64,000 nucleotides of DNA from Selaginella moellendorffii (GCF_000143415.4 NW_003314364.1:282479-346478); one strand, 5' to 3'; counted from the stretch's first letter, positions 1 through 12,749 are shown. Program-made: numbers and translations. The notes: generated by a model from the letters alone, not told the origin.

Positions 1-43
1 TGACCTTTCCATCGACACTGCAAAGGGACATCACAATCAGAAA

Positions 44-2870
44 GTGTTTCTAAACAACCCCGAGGGGGAGGTGGTAGCTGAGGGCTTAGCCACAGTTGTC
101 GATCCAAGAGATGCGGTTGCTAATCAAGAATTGGGCTGGGATGATATTGGAGTTGCGATTTTAAAGGTTGTTGACACAGAAGAAAACAGTCTAACTATTG
201 GAAGCATTGTGCAGTGGAAATTGAGGCACTTAGTGTTTGAGAATGTGAAGGATTCACAATTAAACACCACTACAACTGATGACAGAACATCTCTTCATGG
301 GAAAAGAAAGTACACCTTCCTAAAGCGCAGCGAAAGGGATCTGAGCAACGAACCGAAAAGGCAGAAAATGGGGATAGAGGTTCGAATGGTCTCGACAGTT
401 GCTTGTTGCAAGAGGAGGTGCTGTCAATATGCTGATTGGGATGCTATTGAAGAGGAGAGAGCAAGATATAAGACATTGTCCTGGAAGGCAGCTCGCAATT
501 TTGTGTATGAGGCATTACGGTCATCTGTTGATGCTTCAGAACATCAGGTGGGGGGCATGGTTTTCCAAAGGGGTTTGGTCTGCATGAAGGCATGGAGAAT
601 CATTTATGGAGTCCCTCGAACCACATTCTACAGAATCAAAACTGAGTTCGAGGAACAAAGGGTTCAACAGGCAGTCCATGGGAACGACGGTACGCACAAA
701 ACCAGGGGTCATGTTTTATATGGAGAGGCAATCTTCAAGAGGTGTGTCGAGACATGTAGCGAGCAGCAACCACATAAAACCCGCCTCTTGGAAGATGGAA
801 CACGAAACACCCAACGAGTTCTCCCTTCCATGTATACCAAGGGGGCCATATTAGAAGATGTGAATCGGGAACTCCAGAGTAATGGCTACAGGAAGCTGAG
901 CCAATCTAGATTTAGTAGATTGTGGAGCAACAGGTTCAGGGATGTGAGTATAGGAAAGTACTCCAGCTTTTCAAAGTGTGACGAGTGCACTGCTATCAAA
1001 ATGGCTTTGTCGAAGAATTCTTGCAGCGCTCAAGAGCGAGAGACGTTGGTTAGAAGGCGGCTCGACCACAACATCGAGCAGAGAAGCTGCAGGACTGCAT
1101 ATTATCATAATAGGATTCTCTCCATGGAGAGACCTGACTCTTACCTCTGCATCATCCACGACAAAATGGACCAGAAAAAGACATGCTTACCTCGACTCAA
1201 TCCTGCCCCCAAGGCAATCTCTTCATCCATGCAGCTGCCTGTGTCTCTGTTTGGCATAATCGCTCATGGGCATGGTGCCCAGAACTATGGGAACTTCTTT
1301 GTACCTCTATGGGGTGGCGGGGGTGCAAACATGATGATTGCGTCCCTAGCAAAACACTTAAGGTCTCTGCAAAGTGCGCAGACTGAGCTGAACGGCCAAC
1401 CCTTGCATAAGGCCCTTGTCGATCGAACCCCATACAGGGTTCAGCTGGAGGAGGAGCAAAGGCTTGCAGTATCGCGTGGGGCCCCATGCCATCCCAGTGA
1501 ATATGTTGGCCGTCAGATTGTAGGGTTATCACGTGAGGCATCATGCCATTCCGACGAGGCTGGTCGCCCGGTGAATGCACAGCCTCATCCAAACGAAGCA
1601 GAATCTCAAGGAAGTTCTTGCGGCCGATGTGGCCTTCCACCCCATCTTCTGCTCCAAACAGACAATGCTGGCAGTGAGAACAAAAACATGTACGTCTTCG
1701 CGTACTTGGCGATGCTTGTTGCCAAAGGCATATTTGAAACGGTTACACTTGGCTTTCTCATGGTTGGGCACACTCATGAAGACGTCGATGCCATGTTCAG
1801 TCACCTGGCAGAGTCCCTCCGGCGATCCAATGTCCTCACCCTCCCACAACTCTACGATGAATTCCAAAATTGCATCAAAGGCACTGTTGAAGCTACACTT
1901 CTGACAGAGGTTCCAGACTTTAAGGGGTTTGTAAGAGGCTACATCAGGGACGGATCCGAAACGCTGATTGGCCACTCCAAGCCTCTTCAGTTTCATTTCA
2001 GCATGTGTGACGGTGCTCCAGTGATGAGGTACAAGATGAGAGAATGGGACACAGCGTGGCTGCCAGTGGACGGCATTGAACTCTTCAAGAGAGATCCCAT
2101 AACTAGGGAACCTATGATTCCTCAGGGTTCCCCACGGCCGATGCACCCGAATGGACTCAAAGACCAGGAAAGTATAGTGGCCGGGATTAGACAGCATATT
2201 GCCTTCTGGAAGAGGGGGTTGGTGTTTGGTGGAGAATCCTATTTTCAGAGGTGCAAGCCTTTGCTCGAATACTGGGAGAAGATTATATCTGCTATCCAAA
2301 ATGGGCCGGTTGTATATGAAGAATTGGAAGAGTCCTTTTGGCCAGAACCCAGAGCACCAGATAGTAGCGGAACAATGTCCTCTGGAAATGCAGTGACAGA
2401 TAACGATGTTGAGGATCACTATTGTGGGCCGAGGAACAAGAAGCCGGATTCAGCATTCAATCCAGTACAGGTCTGCAAAGGAATGGTCGTGCTTGTCAGA
2501 CCCAGTAATAAAAAACAAATGATATGGGTGGGGCACTACATCACTGATGTAGAGGAGGACGCGGAAACTAACTCCTTCAATGTAATTGTGGAGTGGTTCA
2601 AGCCAAGTTCCGGATATACGAAGGATTGCCTAGAAAAGAGATGGGTGTTGAATCCAAGGGATCCCAGCATGAGCATATCGGTGGATAATGTTGTGCATGG
2701 TTGGATGCGGAAGCAGAGTGCCACCATCACCTTGCCAGACCATGCAAGAGATGCAGCAAGAGCATTCATAACCCGGGTTCAAGGTGAGATTCATTAATAT
2801 TCCTTTACTAAGTTTCTAATGTATTTTATTTCAAGGTGAACAATCCGAATCTGAATCAGAGGAGGCGTGA
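44..2870 (+). CDS. Sola1/DUF7869-like DDD transposase, 5'-truncated (lacks first ~105 aa)
   Basis: 917-aa open frame with IHDKMD, LQTDNAGSENKN and FLMVGHTHEDVD catalytic-type motifs, plus CCKRRCC and KCDEC Cys motifs. Probable 52-bp terminal intron 2784-2835 gives C-terminus GEQSESESEEA* (stop 2868-2870). Confidence 0.8.
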
Positions 2871-3077
2871 TGGCATGTGGCCTGAGATGATGTGACATAT
2901 GCATTTACCAATCACACGTGCATAAATCTAATAATATGGCGTGTGGCCCATATTAATGGCACATAAACCCATATTGTGGGCTTACGTGCTTTATGTACCA
3001 TCATTCCCTTGCAGCGAGTGTGTTGGTTTCCTTTTATAACACAACGAACTCCATATTTTAGGGTGAAGAGCATTCTC

Positions 3078-3335
3078 ATGGCAAGCACAAAATCTGTAAG
3101 TGAGGCAGAAAAGGAGACGGAGAAGGAGATAGGTGAAGATGTAGAATATATAAGTCTTCCAAACTCCCCGTACTATACTCCAGGTGATCATTTTTCTGAA
3201 CAAACGGCAACATTAACAACTATCGAGAACGCCCCAGTAACGTCAGAGACAACAATCCAAAGCAAAACAACTGACCCGGAGAAGGATGATAGTACCGCTG
3301 AGAGTACCAAAAAGGAGGTGTCCATTAGCGCTTAG
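3078..3335 (+). CDS. small acidic Ser/Thr-rich ORF/exon carried by the element (also 48415-48672 and 59315-59572, minus)
   Basis: Open in all three copies. ATG follows a TTTTAG acceptor-like site. Possible donor GT at 3318 and acceptor at 3402. Confidence 0.35.
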   Translation: MASTKSVSEAEKETEKEIGEDVEYISLPNSPYYTPGDHFSEQTATLTTIENAPVTSETTIQSKTTDPEKDDSTAESTKKEVSISA

Positions 3336-4006
3336 CCTTATAATGGCGTGTGCCCTCATGCCATTTACTTGATCACCAAATACCTTTTTCCCTTTGCACT
3401 AGTATATCTTAAAACCGGTCTGAGAAATAGAATGGCATGTGCCCTCAGGCCTTTTACTAAATCACCTTTGAAAGAAATGCAAGCCTCTATGTTGTAAAAA
3501 AAAGGTACTAGAGAAATTCCTTAATAATATGAATGTTATTTAGTTTCATGAAAATACACTAAGGGTCAAATGAGTTAAATGACTTCTCCAGACTAGCAAT
3601 GCCTCTTGCTACACCTTCACAATTAGATTCGTTAGAAAAAGATAACATTGAATAATATCTAAATGTTCTCACCATTAAGTTATATGTCTGGCTAATAGGA
3701 ATGACGTTCATCTTGGAAAGCTCACCACACGCTCAATGAACAAACAAATAGTGTGTGCGCGCATGCCATCGCTCTTCTTTAGCTTCAGATTCGGCTTGTT
3801 CACCTTGACAATGAGATTTATTATACAACCAGATGGACACAGTCTGGACATAAAGTCACCGCGCTAGTCACCATGCCCCAGATATGTCTAGCCCCTGGAC
3901 AAAAAACATATAATTTCACGTCATTTTCAAATACTTGAAAATTTGTACCTAGTCCCATTTTACTGAATAAATCCCACTTTAACAAAATAGAGCTTAGTGG
4001 GTTAAG

Positions 4007-4200
4007 GTGCCATGGGAGAAGTTGGGGGGAATTTTGCAACCTTTACCTATTCCTCAGAGCCGTTGGTGTAGTATCTCTATGGACTTCATCACTTGTTTGC
4101 CACGAACACAGAGGCAAAAGGAACAAGTATGGGTCATAGTGGATAAGTTGATGAAGTATGTGTGGTTGTTGGCTCTTCGGACCAGTAGCATGGTCCAGGC
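4007..4200 (+). pseudogene. Ty3/gypsy integrase fragment
   Basis: LQPLPIP...W..ISMDFITCLP...VWVIVDKLMKY motif. Confidence 0.8.
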
Positions 4201-5075
4201 AAGAAGATTCCACTCGGGCATTGCATAGAGAATCTTCTCTGCTTGTGCAATATGCCTATTCCAGGCATATGCTTTCAGTAAGGCCATATCCCAGTAACTT
4301 CACTAGAACAATTACTAATCTTTTGAGTGAAAACACAGGCATGCTAGGTCACCACTGCCTTGATATCTGCATGCATGGAAGAAGACTTTATGTCTGACAC
4401 TGTCTCCTCTACCTCAACTGATATGAATACTTCACCCTTCCCACAGAGACTTGAATCCAGTTGCCTGTCACTAGCAACCAAATTTATTGCACTACCACTT
4501 TCTTTGCTGCTTTCTTCGAGTGCAGTCTCCAGTATAGTCAAGTCCCCACTGCTTTCTTCACAGTGTTGTCCTGCTTTCTTCATACCCAGACTTGAATCTC
4601 AAGCTAGAAACCTGCTGCTTTCTTCACACCTGTCTCTAGCTGCCCGCCTGGACCCCCACTGTTTTTTTGCAGTGTCGTCCTGCTTTCTTCACACCTGAAA
4701 GATGCAACTCAGCTGTCTTTTTTTTTTAAGGTACAAAAGAAAGGAAAGTCATTGGGCTCCTTCCAAAAAGCTCTCTACCGTGTCTAGCATCGTGTCTATG
4801 ATAGATCAAGCACTTATTACCACCTTGTAAAAGTCTCCAGCACTGGGACGCAGTTACATGCTGAATTTTTTGCTTTGGTGGCACCCCTAACCATTCAACG
4901 TGTTGTCCCTCAAAGGTGAAGGCTAATCATTGAGTAGCAAAGTTTATGGTGATATCACCAAAACGTTCAAGAGTCTGAACTCCCAAAACGAAGTCAATGG
5001 CCCCCATGTCCATGACATAAAAGTGCTCCACCAGTTTGAAGTTGTTCACCACCAAGTGACAAGATACAATCTGAT

Positions 5076-5318
5076 TCACTCAGATAACTCCCCTATTGGT
5101 GGAGCTGGTTTAGTTGTCAAGCGAAGTTTGGTCAGTGAATGAGCATTCACAAAGGAATGTGAAGCTCCTGAGTCTACCAACACAAATTCTTGATGACCTA
5201 AAACTGTTCCTGTTACCCAAATGCATTGTGGTCCTGTCTTCCCTGAGAAGGATGGCAATGAAATGGTGGCTCCTAATGTGGCTTCTTCTCCTGGAATTTG
5301 AGATGACCCCCCTCCCAA
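5076..5318 (-). pseudogene. Ty3/gypsy aspartic protease fragment
   Basis: VLVDSGASHSFV retropepsin motif. Confidence 0.75.
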
Positions 5319-5510
5319 ACAAAAACTTCTTGTTCTAAATCCAATTCCTCAAAAGCCATAGGAATGAGATCTCCCTTGCCATTTTGTTGATAGAGACTGA
5401 GATGGCCCAAATATGGCCCGTCCCTTAACCCTTAAGGGTAAAGTGACAATGTGGACTAATGAGATTAGTCCATGGAGTCTGAGGTCAGTTTCCAAATATG
5501 GTGTTGTGGT

Positions 5511-5605
5511 GGCTACTAGATGGTTTGATTATTCTTTCACCCCTACACCCAAGTCTGACAAACGATTTGTATGTCAGTATCGCTATGAGTCTCCACTAGA
5601 GTTCC
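5511..5605 (-). pseudogene. degenerate 25S/28S rRNA fragment
   Basis: GCTACTAGATGGTTTGATTATTCTTTCACCCCTACACCCAAGTCTGACAAACGATTTG resembles the reverse complement of conserved LSU rRNA, with many C>T/G>A changes. Confidence 0.8.
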
Positions 5606-5689
5606 TACCTCTCAGCTGATCGAGCCAGAGTGGGAGTGTCGAGATGTCAGTCTCGATCAGCTGACGTGGCATGTCCACATGGTCATGAG

Positions 5690-5920
5690 TCATGTCCCTT
5701 GAGTCATGTGAGTGACCCGTGTCGCCAAATCCTTCCATCTCTTGCTTACCAGGCCACAGCAATGCAGGTGACGCAAGGAGAGGAGTCGTGACATGATCCC
5801 CTTGACGTTGTGCTGGATGATCCCGATCTTAAACTCGAGGCTCTCGAAGCGGTTGTCCAGCTCAAAGTTGTCCAGCTCAAAGTTGCCCCTCATGTGCTCC
5901 CAGATGTGATCGTACCGCAC
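5690..5920 (-). pseudogene. F-box motif gene fragment
   Basis: IMSRLLSLRHLHCCGLVSKRWKDL resembles the C-terminal half of an F-box. Confidence 0.5.
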
Positions 5921-6046
5921 GCTCTGCCGGTTTTAGTCTAATGTGATTATGGGTGATCATACCGCGCGCTCTGCCAGTTTTAGTCTAATGTGATTATGGG
6001 TGATCATACCGTGCGCTTTGCCGGTTTTAGTCTAATGTGATTATGG
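5906..6046. repeat. tandem repeat, 3 x 47 bp
   Basis: GTGATC(A/G)TACCG...GTTTTAGTCTAATGTGATTATGG starting at 5906, 5953 and 6000. Confidence 0.9.
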
Positions 6047-6086
6047 GTATCGAAAGTTACCTATCGGTTAGTCCTTTCAGATATTC

Positions 6087-6928
6087 TTTCCTTACTACTA
6101 TGATAATAAGAGGTCAGTATTGCTAAACCCTTTATTAGTCTCCACCAAGCTAATTAAGGGTTTGGTCATCATATATATTATCATGAGGTCAGTAGTGCTA
6201 AACCCTTTATTATGTTGTCAAGGAATGATTGTCCACAATCATACTTAGGCCACCCTCCGGTTACCATGGTCCTTCTCTTAGGGTCTACCAAACCTTGGTT
6301 CTTTCCTTACTACCATGATAATAAGAGGTTAGTATTGCTAAACCCTTTATTAGGCCCTAAACCCTTTATTAGTCTCCACCAAGCTAATTAAGGGTTTGGT
6401 CATCATATATATTATCATGAGGTCAGTAGTGCTAAACCCTTTATTAAGTTGTCAAGGAATGATTGTCCACAATCATACTTAGGCCACCCGTTGTCAAGGA
6501 ATGATTGTCCACAATCATACTTAGGCCACCCTCCAGTTACCATGGTCCTTCTCTTAGGGTCTACCAAACCTTGGTTCTTTCCTTACTAACATGATAATAA
6601 GAGGTCAGTATTGCTAAACCCTTTATTAGGCCACCCTCCGGTTACCATGGTCCTTCTCTTAGAGTCTACCAAACCTTGGTTCTTTCCTTACTACCATGAT
6701 AATAAGAGGTTAGTATTGCTAAACCCTTTATTAGTCTCCACCAAGCTAATTAAGGGTTTGGTCATCATATATATTATCATGAGGTCAGTGCTAAACCCTT
6801 TATTAAGTTGTCAAGGAATGATCGTCCACGATTATACTTAGGCCACCCTCCGGTTACCATGGTCCTTCTCTTAGGCCACCCTCCGGTTACCATGGTCCTT
6901 CTCTTAAGGTCTACCAAACCTTGGTTCT
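6087..6928. repeat. complex ~215-bp tandem array derived from family-3 LTR-like sequence
   Basis: Recurring blocks GCTAAACCCTTTATTAG and GGCCACCCTCCGGTTACCATGG. Start resembles 15472ff and 18833ff. A reverse PBS-like GCTCCGATACCA lies at ~7003-7014. Confidence 0.75.
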
Positions 6929-7059
6929 CCCTCTAGATCCACCATGTTGAATATTCCTTTAGAATATTCCTGCCCCATTCGTCAGCCACGAGAATCGAAC
7001 TAGGCTCCGATACCATTGCTAGGATCCTATCCCTTACACCCTAAGCTAACTGGCTAAAG

Positions 7060-8226
7060 GGGTGATCACGATTGCAGGGCCCTTTCTTTATCCTTTATCC
7101 TAACCTGGTGCCTAACAGCCACAGCACTACATCTTGGAGACAATGGGATGACAGTGCACACAGCATTCAAAATACCCGTCAAGGGTGATGATACATGCAA
7201 CATGACATGCACACCAGAAAATGACATGTACAAGATCATCTCAAATCCCGACCTTGTCGTCATTGATGAGGTATCTATACAAAACTGTGACAAGTACGAG
7301 CATGATGACGTCTTTGAGACCAAGCTCTTTGTACTATGTGAAGACCTTGCGCAGCTGCCCCTGGTATGCTTCCACCACAAGGATCCAGAGACAGAAACAT
7401 GTATGCAATGCATAATCATGTCATCACAACATTGGGCATGTGTACATAAGCACACTCTCAAAACATCTGTTAGGCATGCAGCAGACCCAAACTTTCTCAA
7501 CTTCCTAAACATAATCAGGATGAGAGCACCAACATAAGAAGAGATAGATGCAACACTGTCAAGGCAAGCACCTCCATACCAAATGCATATTGAAAAACAA
7601 ACAAACACACAGGTGTGTCAATGAAAACAAAGACCCCGAATGGTTTGACGTTACAATCATATGCTGCACGAGGGCCAGGATATGCAACATCAACGAGCCA
7701 ATGCTTGATGCACGGTTCGAGGCAGATGAGATTTTTGATGTACTAATGTACCACAACGACAATGCTGACACAGAGTGGGCCAATGATGTGAATGACAACA
7801 CTCTCAGATGTATTGCACTTAATGCAAAGATTGTTATCACAATCAACATAGACAAGAAATACAGGGCAGTCAATAGTGCAACCGGAATAATCAAATCATT
7901 CCATAGGGACAAGCACAACATCAACAGCATCACCATATGCCTCGACACAAACAACAAGCTCATCACTGTATAGAGGACAGACTACCATTTCAGGGACAAA
8001 CAAGATGAAGAGTACAAGGCCAACTTCCCACTCCAACTTGCAGTATGCAATCACTGCACACAAGTCCCAAGGCGGAACAATCACTAGAAACCTTCTTATT
8101 GACGTCAACAATGCATTCACACTGGGCATCACATATGTCATGCTCTCAAGGACAACAACCAGGGAACACCTTGTCCTCACACATTGGCTAAAACCAACAG
8201 ATTTCAAGCCTGTCAAAATAAACTAA
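7060..8226 (+). pseudogene. PIF1-family (Helitron-type) SF1B helicase relic, frameshifted
   Basis: Motifs in order: GMTVHTAFKIP, LVVIDEVS, EDLAQLPLV, RHAADPNFLNFLNIIR, LQYAITAHKSQG, TYVMLSR, spread over three frames. Confidence 0.85.
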
Positions 8227-8250
8227 TGTCATTCCTTATGTGTTGGTCAC

Positions 8251-8275
8251 CATTGATGCACCTCATCAATGCTAG
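8251..8275 (+). mobile_element. candidate Helitron 3' terminus (hairpin + CTAG|T)
   Basis: CATTGATG-CACCT-CATCAATG hairpin immediately followed by CTAG then T, ~25 bp after the helicase stop. Confidence 0.45.
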
Positions 8276-8375
8276 TACTGTCTAAAGTTTCCTTCAAGAT
8301 AGCTGGAGCTCTGGCTGAGTTTTATTGGGTAAAGCGAATGATTAGAGGCATTGTTCTCAAACTTTAAATAGGTAA
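8272..8375 (+). pseudogene. degenerate 25S rRNA fragment (sense)
   Basis: AAGTTTCCTTCAAGATAGCTGGAGCTC...GGGTAAAGCGAATGATTAGAGGCAT...TTCTCAAACTTTAAATAGGTA matches conserved LSU rRNA. Confidence 0.8.
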
Positions 8376-8416
8376 AGCAGCTGGCATTAGTATAGCTTCA
8401 ACAGTTGGTCCCAAAC

Positions 8417-8610
8417 AACTACTAGATGGTTCAATTAGTTTTTTGTCCTTATACCCAAGTTTGACAAACAATTTGCATGTCAATATCACTATGAGCCCCA
8501 CCAAAGTTTCCTCTAGCTTTGCCCTGCTTAGGCATAGTTCACCAACCTTTAGGTCCCAATAGGTATGCTAACACTCAAACATTTCTTAAAAGATCAAGGT
8601 CAGTCCATGG
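8417..8610 (-). pseudogene. degenerate 25S rRNA fragment (antisense)
   Basis: CTACTAGATGGTTCAATTAG...GGCATAGTTCACCA...AAGATCAAGGTC resembles the reverse complement of LSU rRNA. Confidence 0.85.
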
Positions 8611-8619
8611 TTTGTTCTG

Positions 8620-10400
8620 TCATAGCCTACATGGTTGATTCCAGCTGTTGAAGAACTGCCAATGTGTCAGTCTTGTTCTTGTTGTCAGCTGTATTGCATA
8701 CTTGATCATCATCTTCTCTCCAGCTCTTCATCCTCCATAACTTGTTGCTGTTTGGGGTGCCTTGTCACAAACTTGGCTAGAGGTGATGGTGAAGCCATCC
8801 AACTACAAAACCTATTTCTCCAACTCACCCAATGCTAATAGAAGAAATAATGATTCCTGGACAGGAACCAATTAGGTCCAGTACAATTATCCCTTTTAGG
8901 ATCCTCTCCAAATGGTGTGGAAGCTCCTTACCCAGGGATGAATGCTTTGATACCACTATAGAGACCCAAATCCCATGAGCTATACTGGATGGAATCATGA
9001 GAAATACAAGAAAAGAGAAAGAATTGTGATAAACCCTAGCTTCTGTCTAGTACCTTACTGTAGATAATCATTTCATTGTACATGCCAACCTCAAACTTTG
9101 ATCACCTCCTAACATTCTCCTGCTGAATTTGAGTTTTGAATAGAGGACTTTGAAGAACCAACGAGGCCTTATCATATCCATTGCAATCCAGAGCAGCAAG
9201 GAATGCAAAAATAGAGGCAAATTTCTCCTCCACTAATGAACTGAATCAAATAAAAGTTAGAACTTCAAGATTTGTATACATTCGAGAGTTCACTATGAAA
9301 TGATAGCAATCCAACTGATCTGAGCAGCTGCTTCAAGAACTTCAAAACAAACTAGTAAATAGCACATTATTATAGCTACCATAACCTTAAATCTGTCTGT
9401 ATAGCCCAGCTGTCTGGCAATTTTATAAAGTACTGCAACAACTAAACTCTTGCAACAATCCAATCTCAATAGTGTTATTATAAACAAGTATAAGCATGAC
9501 AATGAAAATATCCTACAATCAGAAACCACAGTTTCTACCCAAACTAGTTGAGAAATTGGTCTTTGCATGTGTACTTAGTGTTATATATTGTAAAGCATTC
9601 CCTTCTATAATCTTTTGAAAATTTAGAACTACATGAAAGAAAACTCAAAGCTAAAAGCAACGAAATTTTGGGATAACGGACTTGTGCCAGTTTGGCTTCA
9701 TCTTTCTTGGCATTCAACTTCCACAGAAGAAGTTGAGAAGCAGCCAAAGTATTGAAACACATAGAGTCATAAACTTCAGTCTTTTTTAGCAAGATGCACA
9801 AACGCTTGAGCAATGTTTTCCCAGATCACTAAGTAAAAAAGAGGTGTTTTAAGCTTGCTTGGAATTTCTTATAAACTTTTGCATACCGATATGTGTCCTT
9901 ATGCCTACGGACATATGATGTTCTTCTATTTGATTCAGCCAAACTAGCGAGCCTTTCTTTCTGTAACATCAAGCATCTACAAAGGTTTGTGTTTTCACTC
10001 TTATAATTAATTACTGCAAGTTTTTTAGATTTCAACACATGATTTTGCAATCACTTGCTCAAGTATTCAGGTTCCGTCGGCTTCATTGGAAATCGTGTTT
10101 TTCAAGTATCTGAAGTCGCTCTCCTCGCAGCAGGCAGCATTCCTCACACAATCCTGTACACCAAAGCCTCGAATGTATAGAGGCCACTCAGTAAACTGAT
10201 ACCTGGTAAAAGAAGATCTTGTATCTGCTCATAGATTTGGAGAGCTAAATACAAAAAGAATGAAGGAGAGACCAAAAGCGAGAAAACTTCCTCGTACCGT
10301 CTAGCAAAGAAAACCTCAAATAACAATGTGCCGAGTAACTAGCATTACCCCGAATGCAGCGGCACTCCAGCAATATCTTGTAAAATCCTCTCTCACAATT
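8620..10400 (-). other. possible multi-exon host gene or pseudogene, unidentified
   Basis: Several short protein-like minus-strand frames separated by AT-rich spacers with GT/AG-like ends. No family recognised. Confidence 0.25.
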
Positions 10401-10472
10401 TGCAGACGCTCCCCAGAACGCTCACAAAATTTACAAAATACGCTGGCCTGTCCGCGACGCAGAACGTCTATT

Positions 10473-11497
10473 GTCTTCTTACCGCGAAGAGTCACGGGTA
10501 CTTGAGCTCCTCCTTGGCAGAGTTGTCAAGAACTTGAGTAGGCACGGATTCGAAATCCTCTGTCCGGTAAGACCCCCCGAGTGGAGCATCTTACAGACAA
10601 AATGCCTCGCAAAGGTCAATGCCGAAAAAGAGAAGTCCGTGCCAAAATTGGTCTTTCATCTAAGTCAAGCGCCAGATCCGTGGAGCCACACCGAAGATAC
10701 ATCTGGATGACGATGTTTCCCAGCACCGAATCTGTCAGGAGGAGCGATTCCCTCAAGACGAGCCTGTGAACGCGATCTCTCCCGCCTCCATCTACTCCAC
10801 TCCAGTAGCCGCTTCATCTCCGTCCGGCGTTGATCTTCTTGATCCCAAATTCTTCCAGGGACTTGACGATCGATCGATCGATCAAGCACAGAATGCGCGG
10901 CAAGGGCAAGACTGGCAGTTCTTAGCAACTTGCTTCGATCGCCATCCTGGGGTTTCTATTGTTCGTGTTGCGGGCAAGAAAATTGCGAGATCGAGCTTCC
11001 CACAGCCGTTGATCGGCTGCTTGCCCTCCTTCCCCTTCAGATCAAATGCCAGGAACTAGCTAGGAGAATAAAAAGACACGGATCCAAATCATCCGGATCG
11101 TGAAGGCAAGCATCTAAGGAGCGATCAAATACATGTCGAAGATCTAAATCCGGCCAAGCTGGGCAAGATTGCTGCTCTGCGAGACGTTTAGATGGCAGTA
11201 GGATCCCATAAACTTCTCCGTATAAGAGGAAGAGGGAACGTATCCATCCCAAGCTGTCAGGGCAACAAACCAAGCCATGGTCCACACGATTCTTGATTGA
11301 CGTGAACATTCACATACTAGAAAACTCTCCCAACAGATTGATTTATATAGACCATACATCCGAAGCTTTCACAAAACGATTCTACTCGACAACCAGCTCA
11401 ACGACGAAGTCTTCTTACCGCGAAGAGTCGCGGGTACTTGAGCTCCTCCTTGGCGGAGTTGTCAAGAACTTGAGTTGGCACGGGTTCGAAATCCTCC
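10473..11497. repeat. ~88-bp dispersed direct repeat (10473-10560 and 11409-11497)
   Basis: GTCTTCTTACCGCGAAGAGTC...TTCGAAATCCTC present twice. Confidence 0.85.
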
Positions 11498-12030
11498 AGG
11501 ATCTGAGGTTGGACCATCTGGGTGCCAATGATCTGCGTGCCAATGATCTGGGTGCCAGTCTGCACTTCAAAGGCCGCAGCTGCCGCCTCGGTGGCTCGGG
11601 CCACTGCGTGAAGTGGAGTCGATGGGACTATCTCCACACTGGCAACCGGCTTGACTTCATCTACAGGATCAGCCCCTTGATCAAGGTCCAAATCCGCGGC
11701 GCCTTCGACCACCTGACCAGCAGCAACGTCAAAATCGCCAGTGCCCTCGACAGCAGCAAGGCCCGGAGCTCCACCATCGTGGACGTGAGATGATATCCAC
11801 TCCTCGCAAATCCTCAACGCGGCCAGGATATCCTGCTCAAGAGCGGCAAGCCTTTGCGGCAAGATTCCATGGGATCCGACATGATCCCTCCTCTGCCTCT
11901 TGGGCTCCGCTTCGTCCCCTTCGACATCCTCCGGGAAGAGTTCTAGGTCCACCTTAAACAAGGCGTCGGTACCTTGGGCCACCACACCCAGCGATCCCTC
12001 GGTGACCGCGTACCAAAACCCAGCTACCAT
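11398..12030 (-). CDS. hypothetical acidic protein with GTQII repeats
   Basis: 210-aa ORF with ATG preceded by an acceptor-like site. GC-rich coding-like composition. No family recognised. Confidence 0.4.
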   Translation of the reverse strand: MVAGFWYAVTEGSLGVVAQGTDALFKVDLELFPEDVEGDEAEPKRQRRDHVGSHGILPQRLAALEQDILAALRICEEWISSHVHDGGAPGLAAVEGTGDFDVAAGQVVEGAADLDLDQGADPVDEVKPVASVEIVPSTPLHAVARATEAAAAAFEVQTGTQIIGTQIIGTQMVQPQILEDFEPVPTQVLDNSAKEELKYPRLFAVRRLRR

Positions 12031-12749
12031 AATCTACAACCGAGACAGAAAAAAGTGAGGGAGAAGCTCGCGGTAGAGAGAAAGAAGCTACCATGATCGA
12101 CTTGATCACGACCTCTCCATTCTCTGGAAAGTTCTGGACATGCGCCGCCTCAATCCTCCCTGTGAAAGATCAACCCACATTCAATCATCTCAACTTGTAT
12201 ACCTCTCAAATCGGCGATGGTGGTGTGCAAGGGCGCGATGATGAGCAACCGGGTGCCCAGCGTCGTCTCCACACAAGCACGGCACATCCGATCCTCGGCC
12301 ATGCTCTCCCTAGAGCCCCAGCTCCAACCTAAAGCTTTCATTTGCATGAATCACATGCGGACACGTGGCTATCTAAATGTCCTAGCTTGTATTTAAGAAA
12401 GGCAACGTAACCATCGCGCTTTTAAAAGATTATTCCAGCGTAAGAGAATATCCACCGAGAAAAAGCGCGCAAAGCGAGATGGGATGATTTCAAAACCCGG
12501 AGAGATGGATTAGGGAAACAGGGCAGATCTTTTCTTTCTTATTTTTTATCAACAGATCCAAAACCAAGAGCTTCGTTGTTCTAATTTGAAAGTCCTTTTA
12601 AATGCCACTATTTGTGACCTGGAGTTTCTAGTGAAACATTGGATTTCATCTCCTACGATGGTCACCTCCAATTTGAGACAATGGCATTTCGATTGCATTT
12701 GCCAGACACGAATGAAGAACCAGGGACAAACCCCAAGAGCACTTCTCAG

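Larger units (their letters stand above)
1..3994 (+). mobile_element. DNA transposon copy A (Sola1/DUF7869-type), runs off window start, internally deleted
   Basis: Near-identical reverse complement of 47757-51564 and 58657-62617. Ends at the shared terminus ...AAATAGAGCT (3994). Nt 1-41 match the reverse complement of 53376-53416. Confidence 0.9.

Noticed and set aside
1541-2419. 292-aa antisense ORF conserved in all three transposase copies
   Set aside because: Shadow frame of the transposase. The copies are too similar for its conservation to be informative.
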